Shown: in pieces, positions 23,501 through 33,510 of the stretch
Layout: each line of letters starts with the position of its first letter
Numbering within the stretch: the stretch's first letter is position 1
Source: Flaccisagitta enflata
Taxonomy: Eukaryota
Length of the DNA stretch: 64,000 nt
Assembly: GCA_965153355.1 (NCBI GenBank)
Contig: OZ231126.1
Location: 16,430,001 to 16,494,000, forward strand
Direction: 5' to 3'
Made by a program: the position numbers and the translations under genes
Notes under the pieces: model-generated
Told to the model about the DNA's origin: nothing
The model's database searches: none
The model's input: only the letters and a program-made list of their open reading frames with translations

Positions 23501-24406
23501 TTTTCTCTCAAAACCTACGGACGTCAGGAAATCGAGCCTCGCGATTTTTACGTCATGTTGAAGGAGTTTACCGGCGAGAGTGAAGAACTATTTGATCTTG
23601 CAGTTGAACAGATAAAAAGTCAGAACAGCGATCTCGCCTTTTTCCTAGAGATGCGAGAGAAAGGCCAGTCTGACATTCAGTCGACAGGGCGTGAACCGGA
23701 TTGCCAAACGCCGTTGAATCACGTCTTGCACGGTTTACCGCCTGAACGGGAAATGATGCTCAGTAACAACGACAGCGTCACTAGCTTCCGTTCATATTTG
23801 CGGGAAAGCAACATCTTTGCCATGGATGTGCAAAATGTGTTTGTGAACGGACGAACCTGTATCGGTCTTATCACCTTCAGGTTCAAAAGAAAGGTATTCT
23901 TTTTTCAGCCTCGTGTGAACGGCAATCTTTGCTTTGAGATTGCGGATTTGCTAAAAAGCTGCAATCGTAAGTGCATTGCTTACGATTTTAAGAAGCACCA
24001 AGATATGCTTTACGACATGTTTGATGAGTGGGACCCGGAGGTGGTCATTGACGCAAAGGTCGTCGCCGAAAGTAAAGGCATTGAGTCCAACATGGAAGGG
24101 CTGTCCCAAGATGTCACAGGAGGGAGCTTCTGTTCACGCGCCTCCGATTGCCCTTCCTTGACGACGCCAAGCAGACAAGCTCTGCGACATCGGGGAATTA
24201 GAGCGAGCCTCTTCTACAGCTTTGTTCTAAAACACATCGACCTGGATGATCGTGTTAGACGTCAACGTGACGACAGTGAGCACCGCGATTGGTCTAGAGG
24301 AAGGAGGCGTGCTCATTCAGGAAGCGAGAGAGAGAGATGCTCGGGAAGCGATCGGGAGCTGATGTCGCCGGACGGACGTGTGCCGCGGAAAAGATACCGC
24401 CGTTAA
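20567..24406 (+). CDS. Env-position ORF (~1279 aa): DEDDy 3'-5' exonuclease domain, disordered linker, helical region, degenerate second exonuclease domain
   Basis: CAAAATGG start. ExoI MGVDNE, VQLS, GVEIRKE, GLKTFC..LLK, ExoIII LSEFLKEYCSLDA. C-terminal copy IFAMDVQ..IADLLK..KCIAYDF..VIDAKVVA..EGLSQDVTG..PSRQALRH. No signal peptide or TM segment seen. Confidence 0.85.
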   Translation: MAHQFRIPKENDAKADIVINVPEDVLDCERTDLPTLIPDMSLLPSWGKGVKKPNKNTDKRQINELEAVVEARLSRRITMDQKDILYINTCDSADQMGKEINDAIERFEGEYVKMGVDNEKDGSTVQLSINLPNLDGPNKHFVRHVIFQTKATPEHESYIFKDGAFPHNLSDMWHNMKLVIEGVEIRKEIPILAKLFRINNETVNRLNYIEISEIFDFVYCLTKEPGEARRFLECDMADEKKVRPFRSVLDKVGLKTFCRLAWPDSALLKVTVARDDRANYDLKKGKLSEFLKEYCSLDAKVGNEAPEEVCNKYLGIDPILFARRYGGEDAVLDSLKSRTLKRALEILEGHRDSLDASEPEMRVVRALEEKLKNNLARKFFPPFQTVRHYLHFRAIGVGMMRGKRENKRVGLGRTPVDAKTRELYEAMERVYISRVRYGESIEQMEERIAKLGNGETHSPDITPQSSPVRVVEYDATETEITENDATDAENAESEATATDASENAAAAGAAAVAAAESPVVRPKERELDDEILRKRKWRRERDAQPTSGEDDDDDDVDITNQNDLSQSSADSPIKTNSFSPNPDSLPRISRVTTVSIREPEKESLRRSSPDHSQGKHRPTVGAKRNSFVNDEYLEMDLVTPTRDGAKSTLKRRRDDPDAESKNASSSTVLSEESMDKMITWFKNKLRDGMNGIPSNFNISANFSTNPTDTETVVTVTPLPSSSLSFPSSSGPNRSTKHNAVTTAKCRAVTLKRNFTALKNGTGTRDRNDPNDQRSEMEVKIDEAVQMIVEKPSQSLRNAVDRIFVPDDKKFVDNCITLVKRYMAIETNRSNKARMYTEVHNELGERLQKAFVYRLLNESVIQSRIAIITRLKFDAVPAEILLDYFVNQTDLNGFKEALLMFSEPEVNRVVRKLAKNFRDHDEIANWMNRFTYFRPIDTDKVGERFTLKHVHKFVTTACSHVGIPVPEEAKFIFLEKFLSFSLKTYGRQEIEPRDFYVMLKEFTGESEELFDLAVEQIKSQNSDLAFFLEMREKGQSDIQSTGREPDCQTPLNHVLHGLPPEREMMLSNNDSVTSFRSYLRESNIFAMDVQNVFVNGRTCIGLITFRFKRKVFFFQPRVNGNLCFEIADLLKSCNRKCIAYDFKKHQDMLYDMFDEWDPEVVIDAKVVAESKGIESNMEGLSQDVTGGSFCSRASDCPSLTTPSRQALRHRGIRASLFYSFVLKHIDLDDRVRRQRDDSEHRDWSRGRRRAHSGSERERCSGSDRELMSPDGRVPRKRYRR

Positions 24407-24788
24407 GAGTCGTGTTTTTTTTGTCTGTCCATCATGGTGAAATACATGTTTTTGGGCGCTAATGACATAAACCGTCTCTCCTCTTTCAGTGATTCTAATT
24501 ACATGGCGATCGTTTAATAACATTGACATTCTTCGATGATATGCGAGAATCGTGGATTAACTCTCTTGTATCTATGGTTATTGGAAGATGCTCGTGATTC
24601 ATGGAAGTGGTGCGACTACTTTGATCGTTAGTAGGGAATGTTAGGAAGTGGTGAAAAACTGTCGTTTTTTGGGACCTTTGAGTGAGGGTGAATGAAAGAG
24701 AGAGGCCTTCCCCGCAGATACACGTAAAATCATGTTTTTTTTTCTGCATTATTTCGACATTTTCCCTACGAGGCCGTACGGGAGTGTC

Positions 24789-24799
24789 GAGGGGAAGTA
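24789..24799 (+). promoter_or_regulatory. Polypurine tract
   Basis: GAGGGGAAGTA directly before the 3' LTR. Confidence 0.8.
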
Positions 24800-25298
24800 T
24801 GTAGGAGGTGGAAAGATGGACAATGAGACGAGCGTGGATTGGAGAGCGAGGTATCATGGACCATCGGAAGAAGCCATCGATAAAGTGTTATATCGCGATT
24901 CGTTATATCCGTTATCATGATTATGATTATCATTTGCTTATTTACATTGCTGTTTCGTTATGTTTTGGATATGTATACATGCTGTTTCAGTTCAGGTCCT
25001 TACGTGGGGTTTCGATAAGCAGTCACGGGCTGCATCATTCGTTCTTGGATTAAGCGCTAACCTGAAGTGTATCTATGTCTTTTCCAGGCCATTACCCAGT
25101 GCACAACGCCTGAGATGGAGCGTTGGACACGTCCGACATTATCGTAGACACTATCATAGACATTATCATAGACATTGGAGAGATATAAGTGATAAACATT
25201 GTAGACGCTCTTTCCTGGAATGTGCTTCATCCATAGGCGTTTATACATCCACGCACCGCGCTGGGAGATGGACTGAAGGTGAGGATTTCCTCCTTACA
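24800..25298 (+). repeat. 3' LTR (499 bp)
   Basis: Direct repeat of 9323-9821, followed by the GGCT TSD. Confidence 0.97.
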
Positions 25299-25804
25299 GG
25301 CTATGATGGATGTCGAAGATCTCAGTCTCAGCCTCCAAGGCACGACCTGGTTGAGTGGTTGTCTAAAAGTCTGTGAATTCTTTTTTTACGGGTTGTTAGC
25401 TACTCTGCCGTGTCATGCTTTGTCATTTATCGTCACGTGTCATGTCATGTCATGTCGTTTCATGCTTTTGTCATTTATCGTCACGTGTCGCTTTTCGTCG
25501 GTAAAATAGTATGACGAATAAAATTTTCGTGTAATTGTCTGGGAATTGCTTCCTCTAGACGAAACTGATAACGGGAATTGATTTTTCCATCTTGGAGTAA
25601 ACCTGCTTACTAAATCGCGTGCACGGGCTCGCGATTTTTTAAGTTCAATTTGCCATTTTTCTGTGAGTAAATCCGTCCGTCGGTCGGCTGCTTTTTTGTT
25701 CTTCCCGAGCACTTAATCCCTGCCCAGTGCCCAATGACTGGAATAGCCTCTACTAATCCACAAAAGATTTGTTACCATGAATAACTTTGATGTTTTGTAA
25801 TCTT

Positions 25805-26280
25805 CAGTCAGTAGACAAAACAAAATAGGTAGAGACCTCACTCTGTTGGCTTTGATCCAACCTACTGTTAATAAACAAAATGATGTAAACAGCAACTGGT
25901 TGTAAAATTTACAGCCGGCTGTTGTGCTACTACGTTTGCAAAAATCCAACTTAGATAGAATAAAATGTGACTAGCGTATTCATAATTCTGATGAAAATCT
26001 GAGAAGTTTGACATATCACACTTAACACTTTTTGCAAGAAATTTTTTTTTTAACATTGCATTATGATTAAATTGACATATCAAACTTCTCAGAATTTCAT
26101 CAGGATTGTGAATCTGCAGGTCTCATTTTATTTGGTGAAAGTTTTGCCAACTCTGTAACTTAACAGCCGGCTGTAATTTCAACAACCAGATATTGTTTAC
26201 AGGATTCCGTTCATCATCAGTGGGTTGGATCAAAGCCAACAGACTGAGTTCTCTACCTATTGTGTTTTGTCCACTGACTG
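25805..26280. mobile_element. Fold-back MITE
   Basis: Arms CAGTCAGTAGACAAAAC..GTTGGCTTTGATCCAACC / GGTTGGATCAAAGCCAAC..GTTTTGTCCACTGACTG; TSD unclear. Confidence 0.7.
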
Positions 26281-26610
26281 TGTAGTGAGACGGACACACA
26301 GATAAGATTATGAGCGCGCGTGAATCTCAGAAATGGCGGTGTTCATCAAGAAGGAACAAATTACATGATTCAAAATCAACAACGAGCAACATTCTTAAAT
26401 CCCATTCTAGGGTCGATTATTTCAATTTGTCCCAATTTTTTTCCTCTAGGAATGAGCTAGAAATGGTCAATTAGGGACCAATTGGGACTCTGGCAGGTTT
26501 CTGGGCAGAATTTCAAACTTCGCCTCAATAGAAATGTCTGCATTTACCTCCCGCAAACTCTATGTCTCCATGAGCACTTGTACAGCGTCTCTTTTGTTTT
26601 GTCCATAAAA

Positions 26611-26688
<78 letters not shown>

Positions 26689-26759
26689 TGTGTGTGTTTC
26701 TGTCTGTTTGCCTGACTGTCTCTGTCTCCGTCACTCTCCGTCTCTCTCCGTCTCTCTCC

Positions 26760-26824
<65 letters not shown>

Positions 26825-27095
26825 TTTCTCTTTGTCTCTCTTCGGTGTCTCAATCCTTCATAAGGTCATGCTGACTTTGGTTAGACGTCTCTCTTTCTCT
26901 TTCCCTCTCTGTCTCTGCTTCCACAATAGTAAGGATCCATAGAAGGGGTAGAGAAAAGGAAACAGAGAGAGAGAGCTAAGCTAAAGAAGGAAACGGGAGG
27001 TCTCCGTTTTTGTACACGCCAACGTGCAACCGCACTCTGGAGTTAGGACCTTTGATTTCTTTTCTGCTTTGTCTTCATCTTGTTTCTCTCGTTTT

Positions 27096-27553
27096 CTTTT
27101 TAGTCGTGGACACGCAACTCTATGAGAGGCTTTGTCCGTCCGTCCGTCCGTCCGTCCGTCCGTCAGTTGGTCGGTCCGTGGACACAAGTCGAAAAGTGCG
27201 AAAATGAGCATTTTAGATGGTTTTTTGTGCATGTGAGAGGGGCATGGGGTATAGTTGGGGGTAGGATGCACCTGCCCACCCGTCCGCAACGATATCGTGA
27301 CCCCTCGTCTCTTGTTAGTTGCGAACACGCATCTCCATAAGAGACCTCGTCCGACCGTTCATCCGTCCGTCCGTCCGTTCATCCATCAGTCCATAGTGAT
27401 CGAGTCGAAAAATGTGAAAACGCGCATTTGACATACGGCGGTTGTGATTATCTGTGAAAGTGAGTGTGTAAGGGATGGGGGAGAGAGTGGACGGGGGTGG
27501 TGCGCCCCCTCCCACCTGTTCGCAACGATATTGTGACCCCACGTCACTTGTTT
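27096..27553 (+). mobile_element. Two head-to-tail HINE-like elements (family C)
   Basis: Each has a TAGT(C/T)G..ACACGCA 5' end, a GTCC microsatellite and a 3' CGCAACGATAT(C/T)GTGACCCC..CTTGTT. Relatives at ~48950-49200, ~51020-51245 and ~55820-56045 (-). Confidence 0.6.
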
Positions 27554-27789
27554 TGTTTGTTTGTTTTTTTCAGTTGGTTGCGCAAGCTTGGTTTGTTCGT
27601 CCATCTACCGACTGGTTGGTTTTACTGTCAGCGTGTCAGTTTGTAATAATTTGCTTCCTTTTTTGGCGGTCTTTGTATCACAGCTCCTGCCCAAATTTTT
27701 TTCAATTGTCCTACCTGCCTGCGCGCAACTAGGGTAGTTGTTTATCCGGCCCTTATTTTTTTGTGTATTTGTCTTTGTCTATGATCAAA

Positions 27790-27797
<8 letters not shown>

Positions 27798-27870
<73 letters not shown>

Positions 27871-27942
27871 GGAGAGAGATGGAGAGAGACGGAGAGTGAC
27901 GGAGACAGAGACAGTCAGACAAACAGACAGAAACACACACAG

Positions 27943-27995
<53 letters not shown>

Positions 27996-28484
27996 TTTTA
28001 TGGACAAAACAAAAGAGACGCTGTACAAGTGCTTATGGAGACATAGAGTTTGCGGGAGGTAAATGCAGACATTTCCATTGAGGCGAAGTTTGAAATTCTG
28101 CCCAGAACCCTGCCAGAGTCCCAATTGGTCCCTAATTGGCCATTTCTAGCTCATTCCTAGAGGAAAAAAATTGGGACAAATTGAAATAATCGACCCTAGA
28201 ATGGGATTTAAGAATGTTGCTCGTTGTTGATTTTGAATCATGTAATTTGTTCCTTCTTGATGAACACCGCCATTTCTGAGATTCATGCGCGCTCATAATC
28301 TTATCTGTGTGTCCGTCTCACTACACAGTCAGTGGACAAAACACAATAGGTAGAGAACTCAGTCTGTTGGCTTTGATCCAACCCACTGATGATGAACGGA
28401 ATCCTGTAAACAATATCTGGTTGTTGAAATTACAGCCGGCTGTTAAGTTACAGAGTTGGCAAAACTTTCACCAAATAAAATGAG
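27798..28484 (-). repeat. Inverted duplicate of 26123-26820
   Basis: Near-identical reverse complement, including unique sequence and the (GT)n/(CT)n arrays. Confidence 0.9.
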
Positions 28485-28566
28485 TCCTACCTGCCTGCGC
28501 GCAACTAGGGTAGTTGTTTATCCGGCCCTTTTTTTTTTTGTGTATTTGTCTTTGTCTATGATCAAA

Positions 28567-28658
<92 letters not shown>

Positions 28659-28880
28659 TGAACGACCGGACGAGAACGGGAGTAAACGTGCTCACACGCG
28701 CCCGCGCCCTTTACACTTTCTCTCTCACACAGACACACACAAAGGCATCGGAAGACAAAGTGAAAGAACCTCTTCCTTATCAGTACAATGACCGATAACG
28801 AGAACGAAAAAATATGCATGAACGTTGAATGAATAAATGTTTATATTCACCGGGATACATCCTTTCACGTTCGTGTCTCA

Positions 28881-29501
28881 TTTTTGGGCAGCGGCCCCGA
28901 AGGGGACGAAGTCCTGTAGAACACAGGGGGAATCTGTCCGTCCGTCCGTATGTCCGTCCGTCCGTCCCCCCCTGCCCCATCCTCAGGGCTTTGTCTCCTT
29001 CGGGGCCTTTTCTGACCCTAATTCTGCCAAATAGCCCAAATCCAAGCAATATGGCCCAAATCTAAGCAAAATGGCCCAATTCCAAGCATAGTGGCCCAAA
29101 TCCAAGCAAAATGGCCCAAATCTTGCCAGAAAAGTCTAAATCTGGCCTTGGGCTTATCATTGTGGCCTCCAATACCTAGATTCGGACCAGATTTGGGCCA
29201 TTTTGCTTGGATTTGGGCCATTATGCTTGGATTTGGGTCATTTTGCTTAGATTTGGGCCATATTGATTGGATTTGGGCTATTTGGCAGAATTAGGGTCAG
29301 AAAAGGCCCCAAAGGAGACAAAGCCCTGAGGATGCTGCAGGGGGGGGGGCGAACAAACGGACGGGCGGACAGATTCCCCTTGTGTTCTACAGGACTTCGT
29401 CCCCTTCGGGGCCGCTGCCCTGCTCCCCCTCAACTTAAATCACACACTACTCAAGCAGGGCACGGGTACTGCTGACCACTTACCGCCTTTGGGCTGCTAT
29501 T
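28881..29501 (+). mobile_element. HINE-like element family B with a palindromic interior
   Basis: TTTTTGGGCAGCGGCCCCGAAGGGG ... CCCCTTCGGGGCCGCTGCCC, 3' GGGTACTGCTGACCA..CTATT; internal ~20-bp GGCCCAAATCCAAGCA repeats in both orientations. Confidence 0.65.
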
Positions 29502-29503
29502 CA

Positions 29504-30037
29504 TTTTTGGGCAGCGGCCCCGAAGGGGCCGATGACCTATGCTTTCACACAGGAGAAATTTCTCCTCCTTCTCCTCCTTCTTCTCCATACCCCCTCCCCC
29601 CCGCTTCCAGCCTCGAGGCCCAAATCCTAGCCTCGAAACCCAAATCCAAACCTTGTTGCCCAAATCTCAGCCTCGAGGCCCAAATCCCAGCCTTGAGGCC
29701 CAAATCCCAGCCTCAAGGCCCAAATCCAAGCCTTAAGGCCCAAATCCCAGCCCCAAGGCCCAAATCCCAGTCTCAAGGCCCAAATCCCAGCCTTGAGGCT
29801 CAAATTCCAACCTTGAGGCTTAAATTTGAGTCTCGAGGCTCAAATCTCAGCCAAGAGACTCAAATCCCTGCCTCTAAACTCAAATCCCAGCTTCAAGGCC
29901 CCGATTCCAGCCTCAAATAAAAACAGCATAGGTCATCAGCTCCTTCAGGGCTGCTGCCCCTCTCACCATCTCACACCCTCATACACTCACTTAGGGGCAA
30001 CGGGTACCGCTGACCATCTAACGCTTTTGCGACTATT
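29504..30037 (+). mobile_element. HINE-like element family B with a 21-bp tandem array
   Basis: Same termini as 28881-29501; internal (GGCCCAAATCCCAGCCTTGA-like)n. Confidence 0.65.
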
Positions 30038-30201
30038 CATTTTTCATTCTCGGTATACAGCGCGGTTATGGACAAGGGATCAACTGCATTACAGTGAAGC
30101 TGTTTTATTGCCAATATAGAAATAACAACAAAATCGTTCATGGGATAGTAGGTTATCAGCCTCACAGGGGGGCATGCCTTATTAGCGGGTACGCTCCAGC
30201 G

Positions 30202-30834
30202 CACTACCAGCCAAAACACGGAATGAGTCGAGGTAGAATGATCGTCTCTCATTTTGATGTTTTTTGGGTCATTGTAGTGTGAACAATATAAATCTAAAGG
30301 AAACTAAATCACTTTTGGGGCCGTTTTTAAAATATATGCAAACATGGTGTAAATTTAGTATATTTTTCATGATAACTCTTTGTGGTGATGTTTTCTGGTA
30401 TTCTTGACTAAAGATTCGGATTCAGCGAGTGCTTTGCGGTTTGTTTGATATGTCACACTATACAGTTTTGAAAAAGAAATAAAAAGTTAATTTTTTCAGA
30501 ATATTGCTATAAAATACATTTATTTTTAATGATTTTATAAAAAAAGCAAGCTTTTACTTCTTTTTCAAAAGTATATAGTGTGAAACATCAAACGAACCGC
30601 AAGCCACCCACTGAGTCCAAATCTGCGGTCAAAAATACTAAAAAAAATCATCACAAAGAGTTATGATGAAAAATGTACTAAATTTGTACTATTTTTGTAT
30701 ATATTTCAAAAAGCGCCCCAAAAATGATTTAGTTCTTTTCAGGTTTGTATTATACACACCACAAGGACTCAAAACCTATCAGAGTTGTAGACGATCATTT
30801 CAAGTCAACTCATTCCGTGTTCTGGCGGACAGTG
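30202..30834. mobile_element. Diverged fold-back MITE, CAC...GTG termini, 4-bp TSD (Chapaev-like)
   Basis: CACTACCAGCCAAAACACGGAATGAGT / ACTCATTCCGTGTTCTGGCGGACAGTG; AGCG on both flanks. Confidence 0.75.
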
Positions 30835-31397
30835 AGCGGTGCTCCACTGTATCTTGATCTGTAAAAGTGCAAATATTGTTGGTCCATTCACTTTTTCTAT
30901 GTATTCGAATTGAGATGATGGGGGGGGGGGAGAATCTCCATGTCAGTATCCAACATGAAATGGATTATTGGCGTTCAATAGAAATAAGAATCAAATAACT
31001 GTCAAATATGCACGAGGGTTTGACAGACACGTAATTTAGTTTTTTACGTTTCGACATTTAGTCTTTGATATGCTTTTGTTTTCATGACGGAGTGCGGAAG
31101 AAAATGATAGAAATATCGTATCGCGGGGCCGAATGGCGCGTTCTCGCACTTTTTGACTCGTGCATACAGACGTACCGACGGACCAACGGATGTATAGGCA
31201 AAGCCTCTTACAGAATTGAGTGTCCTTAAATTAAAAAGACATTGTTTTCTCAAGATTAGATTGGAATGACGCCAGATAAACGCCAGACGGGGCAGACGGG
31301 GCAAACGTTTGAAACCATCTATTCTCTGCATGTGCGCGCGCGCGGTCTACAGAAACCGGTAAAGGACACACATTAGACTTCTTAAATTGTAGAGGAG

Positions 31398-31531
<134 letters not shown>

Positions 31532-31959
31532 AAAAAAAGAAAAATTAACAGAATCGGATCGTAGTCGCATGTGAGACATCGCAAAAACATTCAATTGCAA
31601 TGCTAAGATCTCTAAGAGTTACATACCAGACTGCCAGCACCCTCACATGCCACAGAAAATGTACAGAAAGGATTTTTGCCTACAACCTTTCCTTTGTTTT
31701 AAAATGGGAAAAGGGGTGGGTGGCGGCCATGAGTAAAATCAGTCATAAAATTATGGTCATAAAAGTTGGCAAATCTTAATGTTATCATGAATGAAGCCAG
31801 TCCCTGCTGTTGGCAGCCATTCTGGCTTTATAAGGTTTCCACGGCTTAGTCTGTTACATACATATTGTTCCACTTGTCATGCTACTCAGTTTCTTGGATT
31901 AGAATATCCGGTGATCGCATTAGGCTTGACCTCGATTCTATCCTTTATGGGTATGGTTT

Positions 31960-32180
31960 CTTAACAATGTTGCCCTCCGATGATTTGTTAAGTTTTGTTT
32001 AAGTAGGTAACAATCATTTGCCCTTATCTATTTCTGGTAAGTATTTGTGTTTCGTGTTGGACTCAGAATGGATGTTTGCTAAATAAGTTTTGCTGGATGG
32101 AGTGATGGAGTGATGCGCGTAGTAACTAGTCAGCGAGGGCTCAAAAGGCCCTCTTCCGTTTTTCAGTGTGGGTATAAAAA
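31960..32180 (+). repeat. Dispersed repeat, similar to ~56367-56580
   Basis: Shared CTTAACAATGTTGCCCT..ACAATCATTTGCCCTTA..GTCAG(C/T)GAGGGCTCA..GGCCCTCTTC. Confidence 0.6.
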
Positions 32181-32401
32181 GGGATATTGTCATACATATT
32201 TACCCTTTCCAAATAAGTTTTTTAGGTTTTTTTTTTAGGAAAACAGAATATCTTTGACGCTTTTTAAGCCAATTTCAGAATTTTCGTCGAGTTTTGCCAT
32301 AATATTTTCCTCTTCAAAAACCGAGTGTAAACAAAAAAAAAATAGATGAATCCTGAGAGAAAATTTGACATTTTCAAGTTGGCACAATTGACTGAGACTT
32401 C

Positions 32402-33510
32402 CTCATGCCGCCTTCATGCCGCCTTCATGCCACTCTCATGCCGCCTTCGTGCCGTCTTCATGCCACTCTCATGTTGCCTTTATGCCACTCTCATGCCGCC
32501 TTCGTGCCGCCTTGATGCCACTCTCATGTCGCCTTTATGCCACTGTCATGCCGCCCTCGTACCGCCTTCATGCCACTCTCATGTCGCCTTTATGCCACTC
32601 TCATGCCGCCTTCGCGCCGCCTTCATGCCACTCTCATGCCGCCTTCATGCCACTCTCATGCCAATCTCATGTCGCCTTCGTGCTGCCTTTATGCCACTCT
32701 CATGCCGCCTTCATGCCGCCTTCATGCCACTCTCATGCCGCCTTCATGCCGCCTTCATGCCACTCTCATGCCGCCTTCATGCCACTCTCATGCCACTCTC
32801 ATGCCACTCTCATGCCACTCTCATGTCGCCTTAGTGCTGCCTTTATGCCACTCTCATGCCGCCTTCGTGCCGCCTTCATGCCACTCTCATGCCGCCTTCA
32901 TGCCGCCTTCATGCCACTCTCATGCCGCCTTCATGCCACTCTCATGCCACTCTCATGCCACTCTCATGCCACTCTCATGTCGCCTTAGTGCTGCCTTTAT
33001 GCCACTCTCATGCCGCCTTCGTGCCGCCTTCATGCCACTCTCATGCCGCCTTCATGCCACTCTCATGTCACTCTCTTGTCGCCTTCATGCCACTCTCATG
33101 CCACTCTCGTGCCGCCTTTGTGCCGCCTTCGTGCCACTCTCATGCCGCCTTTGTGCCGCCTTCATGCTACTCTCATGCCGCTTTCGTGCCGCCTTCATGC
33201 TACTCTCATGCCACTTTCGTGCCGCCTTTGTGCCGCCTTCATGCTACTCTCATGCCGCTTTCATGCCGCCTTCATGCTACTCTCATGCCGCTTTCGTGCC
33301 GCCTTCATGCTACTCTCATGCCACTCTCATGCCGCCTTTGTGCCGCCTTCATGCTACTCTCATGCCGCTTTCGTGCCGCCTTCATGCCACTCTCATGCCA
33401 CCTTTGTGCCGCCTTCGTGCCACTCTCATGCCGCCTTCGTGCCGCCTTCATGCTACTCTCATGCCACTTTCGTGCCGCCTTCATGCCACTCTCATGCCGC
33501 TCTCTTGTCG
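32402..33510. repeat. 11-bp minisatellite (GCCGCCTTCAT / GCCACTCTCAT), ~1.1 kb
   Basis: Directly visible interleaving of two unit types. Confidence 0.95.

Larger units (their letters stand above)
9323..25298 (+). mobile_element. Full-length Ty3/Gypsy LTR retrotransposon, 15,976 bp, four sense ORFs
   Basis: TG...CA LTR pair, GGCT TSD (9319-9322 and 25299-25302), PBS, PPT, and gag followed by PR-RT-RH-IN order. Confidence 0.98.

Noticed and set aside
20498-24406. env gene (suggested by its position between pol and the 3' LTR)
   Set aside because: No signal peptide, fusion-peptide or transmembrane segment seen; exonuclease motifs and NLS-like clusters instead. The track's start at 20498 is TTG, so ATG 20567 is preferred.
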